NCBI GenBank assembly: GCA_965242865.1
Contig: CBDETK010000011.1
Span: 1 to 23,390, forward strand
From: Candidatus Latescibacterota bacterium
GTDB taxonomy: Bacteria > Latescibacterota > UBA2968 > UBA8231
Direction: 5' to 3'
Length of the DNA stretch: 23,390 nt
Of the stretch, positions 1 through 8,364 are shown in pieces. Below the pieces are notes generated by a model. That model had not been told where the DNA came from and ran no database searches. It saw nothing but the letters and a program-made list of their open reading frames with translations. The position numbers and the translations under genes were made by a program. Within the stretch, counting starts at the first letter, position 1. Every line of letters begins with the position of its first letter.

Positions 1-29
1 GTTTTAAGAAATTTCTGTCGGCCATCTCT

Positions 30-60
30 ATTTTTGATCCTAAACGCGGATATATTAGTC
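30..60 (+). promoter_or_regulatory. Possible promoter for lipoprotein gene
   Basis: AT-rich segment with a TATATT -10-like hexamer (51-56). The -35 is unclear. A small GTCAGC/GCTGAC hairpin (64-81) and an AAGGAG RBS follow before ATG 104. Confidence 0.35.
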
Positions 61-103
61 TCTGTCAGCAACAACGCTGACACCCACTTACAAGGAGCCT
101 ACG

Positions 104-454
104 ATGAAACGCTTTGCCCGCCTCACCCTAACGGCTGTTGTGGCCAGTTCCGCTTTTGCCTGCACACCAACGACCTACCAACAGGAGATGCAGGCCGCCG
201 CCGATGAGAAGATCGTACACATGGCCGATTGGCTGGCCTGCCTAAAGGAAAATGGGCGAGACAGTTCTCGCACCGCCTGCGCCGATCAAGAGTGGCAGAT
301 GAACGACGCCAACGCCAATTTCGACCGCTACATGAAAAGCTATCTTAAGTACACACAGGCGTCCAAGAGCGAGAAGATCAAGGTTACGGGCCGCTGGCGC
401 AACTACCTCACGGCTAAAGAGGATAGCCTGCACACCGTCTATAAGGTATTCTAG
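104..454 (+). CDS. Putative lipoprotein (moron-like, convergent to the structural operon)
   Basis: AAGGAG RBS. Basic N-terminus, hydrophobic stretch and lipobox-like AFA-C at Cys20. Followed by its own terminator. Confidence 0.7.
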   Translation: MKRFARLTLTAVVASSAFACTPTTYQQEMQAAADEKIVHMADWLACLKENGRDSSRTACADQEWQMNDANANFDRYMKSYLKYTQASKSEKIKVTGRWRNYLTAKEDSLHTVYKVF

Positions 455-484
455 CTGGGAAGCAGCCCATTCTGTTTGCCAGCG

Positions 485-520
485 ACGCCCGTCAACGCTT
501 TTAGTTGGCGGGCGTTTTTT
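485..520 (+). terminator. Intrinsic terminator
   Basis: ACGCCCGTCAAC / GTTGGCGGGCGT 12-bp stem (one G-U) followed by a T run, lying between two convergent genes. Confidence 0.8.
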
Positions 521-1023
521 CATGCCCGAGCCAGCGGCCAGTCAAATTTCTTTTCGCCTACCTCATACATAAAGTCTAACCCAATATCGGGGTCGCCCAC
601 GCGCTCATTTTCGCGTTGTCGTTCGGGCGTCCAAACGGCGTCCGGTTTCAACAAGTTGAACTTGCGCTTGGAGACTTCCAACAACCATTCACCGGCCTTA
701 TCAACGGTGCTCTGTCCTGCCGTCCCCGTGAAGCGATAGCCCGTATCGGCCCATGCGCCGCCGTCCTCCCGCGAGAGAAGATAAACCGACACGGTAGCCG
801 GCCCCAGGTCTTCCGGTAGGGTCTGCCGTTGGGCGTCCGAGAGGGCGATAGCCACCGCCAACGACGGCTCCGTACCCGCCTCCAGCGTGTGCTGCGGGAA
901 ACGGACGTCGAGCAGCCGGCCCCCACCGCGATACACCTCGCTCTCAAACGTAATGTTTTGGGGGAACGTCGCCAAGCGTAGGGATGTTCCGATCTTTAAT
1001 AAGATAGCCGCGAATTGCATCAC
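520..1023 (-). CDS. Tail-tip / hub-associated minor tail protein
   Basis: Second gene after the tape measure. N-terminal 'LRLAT...ITFESEVYRGGG' and C-terminal 'WTPERQ...DIGLDF...W' resemble the small hub proteins found at this position. ATGA coupling to the upstream gene. Confidence 0.6.
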   Translation of the reverse strand: MMQFAAILLKIGTSLRLATFPQNITFESEVYRGGGRLLDVRFPQHTLEAGTEPSLAVAIALSDAQRQTLPEDLGPATVSVYLLSREDGGAWADTGYRFTGTAGQSTVDKAGEWLLEVSKRKFNLLKPDAVWTPERQRENERVGDPDIGLDFMYEVGEKKFDWPLARA

Positions 1024-1610
1024 ACCGCCTCCTCAAAAGGAATAATCCACGGCCCCCACCGGGTCGCGGTGCGCGGCAGGTCTAACGCCCTCGTATCCAA
1101 GCGCACGTCCATGGTCGTCGCCGGGGTGATCCCATCGCCCACCTTGCCAACAAACACCGGCACCGGGTTCACTTGCGTCGCCGCGGGTTGCGTCCCAAAC
1201 GCTTGTAACAAGCGGTCGCCCGCCGAGAAGAACTGGCCGTCTGCCAACGCAACAGCACGGGAGAGGGTTAGACGCCCGCTCTGAGCATCTATCGCACTAA
1301 TGGTGACAGACGGCACAGGGTTCTCAATCGTCCACAGACCCGCCAACGGAAGCTCCACCGTCAGGTCCCCGCCCCGCGTCTTACGCAGTAGCGCCGACAA
1401 CTGACTGGCCAGCCGGTTCGCCTCCGATTCCTGCTGATGGGCAAAGCTCATCCATGTCACCTCGCCCCGCCACGCCCCCGGCGCATAGTAGGCAAAAGAC
1501 TGTTGACCCGTGTATTCAGAGCGATGCGATTGCAGCCCGGGCTCCCACGGCAACAACGACACCGCCGTGATGCGGTTCGCCAACGCTTCGGGGATTTGTA
1601 TATCGGCCAT
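1020..1610 (-). CDS. Distal tail protein-like
   Basis: Immediately after the tape measure with TAATG coupling. 'S..TGQQ......WRG.V.W' N-terminal pattern and 'FEEAV' C-terminus are typical of Dit-like proteins. Confidence 0.6.
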   Translation of the reverse strand: MADIQIPEALANRITAVSLLPWEPGLQSHRSEYTGQQSFAYYAPGAWRGEVTWMSFAHQQESEANRLASQLSALLRKTRGGDLTVELPLAGLWTIENPVPSVTISAIDAQSGRLTLSRAVALADGQFFSAGDRLLQAFGTQPAATQVNPVPVFVGKVGDGITPATTMDVRLDTRALDLPRTATRWGPWIIPFEEAV

Positions 1611-4090
1611 TAGCGCCTCGTATCACGCGCTAACGAGTCAGAAATATCGATCATGTTCGGCAATATCTTTTGGTTAAACTCACGTATCAACGCCTCCCCA
1701 TCCCCGAAGCCTTCTATATGGAACGTGGGTTGGAAGTTTATTGTGGGCTTCCCTGCCGCCGCTTCCCGTATAAGCTCTTCGGCCAAGCCCGGCTGCACCG
1801 ACCCGATCCCCGTTGTGGGCGCACCTAATGCCGGCAGACCGCGCAACTGATTAAGGAGATCGAGGGAACGATCCGCCGCCGACGTCTCAAAGAGGAACGG
1901 CGTCGTCCGCGGGTTGAAGATACGCGCCATCAGCGGCTCAATAATCTTTAGGCGGATGACCAACAACGCCATCTGGCGAAGCATCTGGCGCAGCGCCTCC
2001 ACCACCGAACCCGGCCCGATGATAGCACTCGCAATGCCCTCAAACGCCCCCGTAAGGGTGCTACGCACCCGTGCGCCCGCCGCGGTCATACGCGCTAACT
2101 GTTCATTCGTCGCTTGCAGTGGGCCAGTCAAAAGCCCTAAGCGCAAGAGCGGGGCTATGTCGGGTCCGGTGAACGCCTCCGCACTCACCCGCTGGCTCAA
2201 GCGCACCGCCCGCGCCATGATGCGCGTGCTGCGATCGACCTCGTCGCCCGTCTTACCAATCGTACCCGGATAACAAGCCCCAGGCCCGTACGCAGATCCT
2301 CCAGCGTCGCCTGCCACGTCAGACTCAACACATTATTGACGCGCTCGGACTCGGCTTCGGTCACCCCAAAATAGTCCAGCGTCAGGTCGCGGGTGCTTCG
2401 GAAAAAATTGGGCGATCTGAGCCACATTCGCTTCCGCCTGTTTGCCGGTAACTCGTAATCCCGTTTCTAATTGCCCGGTAAACTCGTCAATCACCGTACT
2501 CAAACTCTCCCCGCGCAACCCCGCCGCAATCGCATCCACCAACGCGTTCCCCAACGAGTAGAACGAGCCGACAATAAGCGTCACCGCCGCATTGATGCTG
2601 TTGACTATGAAACTGGGTATCGTAGCAATAGCCGCCACCACATTAGCCACAAACCGAAGACCCAAGTTACGACCCAGTTCGCCCCACGTGACGTTTTGCT
2701 CCCGCAAGATACGCGACAGATTGAGGAACGCATCGATCAAAAGAATGACACCCTCAATAATAGCACCCACGAGCAGAGCACGAAAAGCAGCTTTTGCGGC
2801 GATACGCACCAGACCTAACGCCCGCGTCAAGAGGGACAACTGACGACGCATGGCGACCAAGCCGCGACGCACCCGCAACACCGCCGCCGCACCAAACGCC
2901 AACAGCAACGCACGGCCCGTCGCCGTGATCACACCCCGGAAGCGATCCAGATTGTCCGTCAATTGGTTGAAGAAGCCCGCAATGGACGAAAGGAAGTTGG
3001 TGAGCTCGGTGGTGACGCCGAACATCCTATCGACCGCCTGTACAAAGCCAAAGGCGGCCGACGCGGCTAAGCGCAGTTGCCCTATAAGCGTAGCATTGAG
3101 TAGGTCCGCCATCCGTTGGGCGGCCCCCGTGCCACCACGAATAGCCGTCGTCAAATCCTCCACCGAACGGACGTTGCGAATGAGTATCTCGGCAACGGAT
3201 GCGTTTTCTCTCCCAAAGATATTGAAGATTTCGGCGGAATCGATCCCCGACCGCCGCAGGTTCTCCAACACGGGTATCAAGCCCAACGACGCAACACTCA
3301 CGTCATCCAACGAGAGGCCCACCGACGCGAGCGACTGCGCCGCCGCGCCCGACGGGGCCGCCAGCGACGCCAAGAACCCGCGGAACCCGCGACCGGCGCG
3401 GGTGGCGAAAATACCGGCGTTACCTAAAGCACCAATCGCCGCCTCCGTGGTTTCAACATCGATACCAAATTGCCGAGCGATTGGCCCCACGTAGCTAAGG
3501 GCTTGAGTAAGTTCCTCAAAGTTGGTGTTGGCGCTATTCGTGGTTGTTACGAGTGTGTCCGTTATGCGCTCGGCATCGGCCACCGACAGACCAAACTGAT
3601 TGATTATGTTGGTGAGTTGATTGCCTACCTCGGCGGTGGTTGCGCCGCTGGCTGCCGCAAGGTTCAATGTAGCCGGGAGGAGTGAAAATTGCTCGTTGAC
3701 CGTGTTGCCCGCCCGGGCCAACTCAACCATCGCTTGGGCGGCCTCTGCAGCCGAAAAACGGGTATTTCTTCCTAAATCACGGGCCAGTTGGTCCAAACGC
3801 TGAAAGTCATTGCCGGTGGCATTCGTAATGCCCCGGACTAACGCCATACTCTGCTCGTACTCAGCCAGTTGGCGGATGACGCCGCCCAGCCCCGCCCCCG
3901 CGCCAAAGGCAGCTAACGCCGCAGCCGCACGTCTTGCAACGGAGTTGAAGCCAGAGAGTTCATTCCGTAGGGAACGCACACGGCGTTGGTGACGACGCAG
4001 TGCCACTTCGGCAGCGCGAGTTGAACGCAATAGCTCGCGGGTGCGGCCCGTGAAGTTTATGTATAAACTGCCCAGTCTAACGGAAGCCAT
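1610..4090 (-). CDS. Tail tape measure protein (TP901-type core), ~826 aa once two compensating indels near 2405 and 2268 are corrected
   Basis: 'TRFSAAEAAQAMVELARAG', 'SANTNFEELTQALSYVGPIA' and 'AIGALGNAGI' are core TMP motifs. ORFs 2333-4090 and 1610-2317 share a frame and are bridged by the helical-looking frame of ORF 2197-2427. Confidence 0.9.
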
Positions 4091-4094
4091 GGTG

Positions 4095-4853
4095 TTAATC
4101 CAATAGCCCTTCGGCTCTCTTTTTCTTAGTGCGGTCCCAAGCCGCTGCGAGTGCTTCCTTTCTCATCTGGCGCTCCGCGTTTGATCCCGCGCTTCCTGCT
4201 CCGCCTCCCACCGTGTCAAAACGCTTGGAGCCGCGCTTCCCGTTCTTCCAAAGTGCGGGCGCAAAGTCGTAGAGCAATCAAGGCGGCGGCCCTCCTTACC
4301 CGCATGGGCCGTATAGAACAATGTGCGCGAGTTGGGCCAGCAGGTGATGAAAGGCGTGAAAATCGCCTACTGGGTATTGGTCGAGAAACGGCAAGCCACC
4401 CCGCGTAGATATGGGCGGGCATGGCCAGCACTTGCTCCACCAGACTGATGGGTGACCCGCGCTACGTGGTAGAAGCCGGTAGGGTTTTCGGCCAGTGCTC
4501 TTTCCATGCCGGACGAACCGTTCGCGCCATTTGGCGCACAGTTCAAGGCATCGCAGCACAAGGGCTGAGTCGGGGCCGCCCGCCCGGGTCATTAACTGCC
4601 ACGCTTGATCGCCAGAAAGCATCGGCAGACACAAGCCTATCGCTTGCATAGCGATATTCAACACCCGCTCCCCGCTGTCTTTATCATCCTCTTGGCTCGC
4701 ATTGATATAATCCATGAACGCCCCCACCTGCTGGACGCTGGGCTGCGTCAAGCGCAAGGGGTTGCCATCCACCTCAATATCAAGGCGGTCGTCCGACAAC
4801 AAGGCCGCTAACGAAGCCTCGTTGACGTCTTTCTTCCTTGCTACTTTACTCAT
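4095..4853 (-). CDS. Tail assembly chaperone pair (gpG/gpGT-like), broken across frames
   Basis: Directly upstream of the TMP. Start MSKV at 4853 with a GAGAGGG RBS. gpT-like segments 'VEQVLAMPAHIYAGWL' and 'FLDQYPVGD' lie in different frames. Exact boundaries are unresolved. Confidence 0.6.
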
Positions 4854-5082
4854 TCTGTCCCTCTCCATTCTTCAAGTGTGAACCTTCAAACGTTGAATCT
4901 TCACCGCGTCCGACGACGAGGCCGCGCATTTCTCCCAGTACATATCCTATGATCATGTACACGATTTCTACATTGCCCGACAGGTAGATGGTTGCATACC
5001 CCACCAGAAACAGGAAGGCCGTAATGATAGCATACCCGCCCACCTTTTCCAGTGTGTCTCGCTTAAACCCATTACGAGCCAT
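4846..5082 (-). CDS. Small membrane protein, candidate holin
   Basis: 78 aa, two hydrophobic segments, basic N-terminus and charged C-terminus. An endolysin is present in the same module. Confidence 0.5.
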   Translation of the reverse strand: MARNGFKRDTLEKVGGYAIITAFLFLVGYATIYLSGNVEIVYMIIGYVLGEMRGLVVGRGEDSTFEGSHLKNGEGQNE

Positions 5083-5289
5083 CTACCCCCCGGCCGGCGG
5101 CTCCTGCTCACTACGATAGATGCACTCCCGCACCCACTGAACCTGCCCATTCGGGCTTCGCGCCCCCACCTGCACCCAAACAGTCAAGTGGTTATCATAC
5201 GCCCCCGGCGACTCATATTCATACCCCGCCCCCTTCTGACTCAACCGAACAATACGATCAAACTCGGCCGCATTCAAACTGATGGACAT
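5083..5289 (-). CDS. Hypothetical 68-aa protein downstream of a solitary CRISPR-like repeat
   Basis: Strong GAGGAGG RBS and ATG start. Stop abuts the next gene. Confidence 0.7.
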   Translation of the reverse strand: MSISLNAAEFDRIVRLSQKGAGYEYESPGAYDNHLTVWVQVGARSPNGQVQWVRECIYRSEQEPPAGG

Positions 5290-5325
5290 ACTCGTTCCTC
5301 CTCAAGTGAATTAAAGCATCTCGTT

Positions 5326-5361
5326 GTTTCAATCCACTTCCGCCTTAGCCCGCGGAAGAAC
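5326..5361 (-). CRISPR. Solitary CRISPR-repeat-like unit 1 (type I-C-like; not an array)
   Basis: GTTCTTCCGCGGGCTAAGGCGGAAGTGGATTGAAAC: 36 nt, 7-bp stem CTTCCGC/GCGGAAG, then TGGATTGAAAC. Confidence 0.85.
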
Positions 5362-5378
5362 TGGGCTTGCAACACCCT

Positions 5379-5424
5379 AATATACGAAAGTTTTGGAGAA
5401 ACCACGCAAAACGCACAAAAAAAA
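5379..5424 (-). promoter_or_regulatory. Putative promoter driving repeat 1 and the 68-aa gene
   Basis: TTGCGT (5409-5404), 19-nt spacer, TATATT (5384-5379), and an upstream T8 tract resembling an UP element. The spacer is longer than optimal. Confidence 0.5.
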
Positions 5425-5496
5425 TCAAAGCAACTCGTTGGCGATGATAATCAAGGCGATCATCACCGCACAAAATAGGACCGTTCCCGTTTCCAT
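5425..5496 (-). CDS. Possible 23-aa hydrophobic peptide (METGTVLFCAVMIALIIIANELL)
   Basis: GAGGGG RBS 5 nt before ATG, right after the fibre stop. Single TM-like stretch. The same DNA also folds as a 12-bp hairpin. Confidence 0.4.
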   Translation of the reverse strand: METGTVLFCAVMIALIIIANELL

Positions 5497-5505
5497 ACGA
5501 TCCCC

Positions 5506-7881
5506 TCAGTTGATCTGGTACACGTCAAATGGCATGGCATCGGCCTGAACGTTGTCGCTCGCCAAGAGCAGGTCATTGCCCGCCGTCCTCCCCACGTAGT
5601 ACTCGTGGTAGGTGCGGTCGCCGCCCGCGGGGATTTGGAAGCGCACATAGCCGCTATGATCGGCATTGCGGTCGCCGCCCACCCGCGAGCTATTCTTCAT
5701 CGCCAACTCGTGACCGAACAGCACCTTCGCCTCCGCGCCCTCGCCGCCAAAGTTAATCAAGAAGATTTTAGACGCATAGTCGGAGGGCATAGACACGTTG
5801 GCATCGACGTAAGCCGATAGGCTTGTAATGTTGAGATTGTTCGCGTTGGGACTGAGCTTGACCACCCCCGGCGGTATCGTCGGCGTATTCTGAATATCGT
5901 CGTAATCGACCGGACGCTTAGCCGCAGGTATCTCGTCCGGGTTTCCTATTAGGGTCCACGGCTCCACGTTGGGCGTCAACCGCATCCACCCGGTCGGGGT
6001 ACGCATCGTCGCCGGCTGGTAGAGCCAGATATTCCTAAAATCGGCGGTCGAAGAGTATTCTCGCTCAAACCCTCTGTGATACTGAAGGATCGCGGCGATC
6101 TCGCGGCGCGTCGCCCGCGGCTGATGCGAGTAGTCGAGCGACGCAAGCGTGCCCGTTGCGCCCGCCACCGACTGGGTATTCCGCGAGAAAGACAGTTGAC
6201 CTAAGTTCGTCCACGTCTGATCGCCCACCCGACGGATACGTACATAGAACGTAGGGTTGACCGCCTGCGTGACGGCCATCGTGCGGATCGCAACCGTAAT
6301 ACTCTGATAGCGCGGGTCGCCGCCGTCGATAAAGCCCAGTGACCACGAGATGTCGAAGGGTTGACCGTCTGCCGCCGTGTTTTGGGCGATCGTACCATTG
6401 CCGCGCCAGTCCGCGTCTTTGGAAGCACCGTCCAGAATGACCGTGCCGCGACCGCGGTTCTCGACCGTCATCTCCTCGGTGGTCAGCCCAATGATATAGG
6501 GCGCGCCCACCGACGGCTCAACCAGTTGTATCGTTCCCTCCGCAACGCCCGTGGTGGCTGTGGGCGCATCCACGCTGTGAGGCAATATGACAAGCCCCCC
6601 GGCATTGCCGTGCGTCACAGCGCGGATGGCGGCCTCTAAGCCGCTAATAAAGCGGGCGGCGATGTCAATATGCTCCAGTTGGTCGGGGGCATCCCATTGC
6701 GCTTGCAATTTGGATGCCGCGGGGATGTCCGCGATCGGCAAGTTGTAGTACCAATAATGGTCGTCGTCACCCAAATAGGTTGCGCCCGTAGTGGCAATAA
6801 CGAGGGCCTCCGCCTCGTCGCCCGTGACCACCCGAAAGAGCGCCAAGTCGTCTGTCGAAGGCTGTATTTCGTAGAGCGTCTTGGGAACGCGGAAAGCAAT
6901 GTTCTTGCCCGTCTCACGCGCCGCCACCGTCCGCGTGGCGGTGTACGTGGCCGCCTTCGCGGTCGCCTCCGTATAGGCATCGTCCGCTATGGGCGACAAC
7001 CACAGGCCATCCTCAGCGCGCCACGAGCCATCGACCACATCGTCGTTCAGTCGCTCAAGATTAGGCAGGGCCGACCGGATCGCCGCGACCGCATCGGCGG
7101 ACGTGAACGGCGGCGACGCCGCCGGAATATCCGGGCGGTTGTCTATATCCGTGTTCCAATCCCAATTCTGACCGCCCAACTCAGCCTTGTCCTTGACGTG
7201 GCTTCGTATCAGCGCGACCACCGCGGCGGCGTCTAATGAGGCCCCATTACCGCCCCCGCCCTGCCCCGTCGGCAAGTGGGAGGCCAAGATGATGCTATCA
7301 CTGGACGGCGCACGAGTGCCGAACAGGAACGCATAGACCGCTTCCTGATAGTCCCGCGCTTGGTCGTTGGCCTCTTGGCGCACCGTGGCAAACGTTAAAA
7401 TATCATCAGTGAACGCCACATCCGACGGCAAGTTCTCGCGCCGTATCGGCACGATATGGCCGTCGTCATACCGCTGCGCCCAGTCCTGCACATGCCGCAA
7501 AAACTGTTGAAACACCGGGCTGGTGGAGCTATGCGGGGGAGCCAATACGTTATCGGTGGTTTCGTGCAAATGGATGTCGTCCAAAAAACGAATGGTTCGG
7601 CTCCATACCGCCACCTCGCCCACGTTCGGCTCGGTGTTCATAATGGTCACCCTATAGTAATGACCCGCGGGCGTAGTCTCCAAAAAGATGTCGAGCATCC
7701 CCTGCGCGTTGGTACGCCCCGAAAAGCTCGTGGGCACCACCACGCCGGTCGCGGCGTTCACCCACCGCGCCGTCTCGCCGGTACGACCATACTGATCGAC
7801 CGCCTCAACCCGTACCAACTGGTACGGCAACACGCCCAAGTCAAGGTCTAACGTGCTTACATGTAATGCGTGAAGTGCCAT
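5506..7881 (-). CDS. Tail fibre / virion appendage protein
   Basis: 791 aa. N-terminal beta adaptor-like domain ('RTNAQGMLDIFL...YYRVTI'), fibre hinge-like motifs 'WNTDIDNRPDIP' and 'YDDIQNTPTIP', and modular beta domains. Confidence 0.6.
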   Translation of the reverse strand: MALHALHVSTLDLDLGVLPYQLVRVEAVDQYGRTGETARWVNAATGVVVPTSFSGRTNAQGMLDIFLETTPAGHYYRVTIMNTEPNVGEVAVWSRTIRFLDDIHLHETTDNVLAPPHSSTSPVFQQFLRHVQDWAQRYDDGHIVPIRRENLPSDVAFTDDILTFATVRQEANDQARDYQEAVYAFLFGTRAPSSDSIILASHLPTGQGGGGNGASLDAAAVVALIRSHVKDKAELGGQNWDWNTDIDNRPDIPAASPPFTSADAVAAIRSALPNLERLNDDVVDGSWRAEDGLWLSPIADDAYTEATAKAATYTATRTVAARETGKNIAFRVPKTLYEIQPSTDDLALFRVVTGDEAEALVIATTGATYLGDDDHYWYYNLPIADIPAASKLQAQWDAPDQLEHIDIAARFISGLEAAIRAVTHGNAGGLVILPHSVDAPTATTGVAEGTIQLVEPSVGAPYIIGLTTEEMTVENRGRGTVILDGASKDADWRGNGTIAQNTAADGQPFDISWSLGFIDGGDPRYQSITVAIRTMAVTQAVNPTFYVRIRRVGDQTWTNLGQLSFSRNTQSVAGATGTLASLDYSHQPRATRREIAAILQYHRGFEREYSSTADFRNIWLYQPATMRTPTGWMRLTPNVEPWTLIGNPDEIPAAKRPVDYDDIQNTPTIPPGVVKLSPNANNLNITSLSAYVDANVSMPSDYASKIFLINFGGEGAEAKVLFGHELAMKNSSRVGGDRNADHSGYVRFQIPAGGDRTYHEYYVGRTAGNDLLLASDNVQADAMPFDVYQIN

Positions 7882-7887
7882 TTCAAC

Positions 7888-8364
7888 TTACCCGCTCTGG
7901 CTTATCAGCCGTTGTTGCAAACGATTCAATTGTCCCTGTTCAATCTTGCGGAATGATCGGGACATACGCGCCGAGATGATGTTGAACAACTGCCCTTGGG
8001 TCTCAATGATAGCCCGTCGTAGGTAGGAACGCGCATCGCGCCGCTGCCGCGGGCGGATACCGTACTCCACAAAGACGGCATGACGCGCCCCCGGGCCGCC
8101 ACTGGTCACCCGCGCCCCCGCGCCCGGCACCCGCCGGACCCCGCGGTCGGTCAACACCCGCTCCGAGATGCGACGCGCCTTGATGCTGCGCCGCAACGCA
8201 CCACTCTTAACCGGCACCACGGTCTTAGCGCGGGTCGCCACCGCCCCCGCCGCCGCACGAAAGCCATCGCCCTGCACACGCTCCGCCAGCAGCACCGGCA
8301 ACGCACGAAGGCCCTGCCGTATCTCGGCCAGACCGCGGCTATCCACTTCCAGATTAATCATCAA
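7888..8364 (-). CDS. HK97 gp10-like tail component
   Basis: 'AKTVVPVKSGALRRSI', 'HAVFVEYG' and 'ARSYLRRAI' motifs. Confidence 0.85.
   Translation of the reverse strand: MMINLEVDSRGLAEIRQGLRALPVLLAERVQGDGFRAAAGAVATRAKTVVPVKSGALRRSIKARRISERVLTDRGVRRVPGAGARVTSGGPGARHAVFVEYGIRPRQRRDARSYLRRAIIETQGQLFNIISARMSRSFRKIEQGQLNRLQQRLISQSG

Larger units (their letters stand above)
5309..5440. repeat. Imperfect 18-bp direct repeat (5309-5326 and 5423-5440) bracketing the promoter and solitary repeat
   Basis: aattaaagcatctcgttg vs aatcaaagcaactcgttg, 16/18 identical. Confidence 0.7.
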
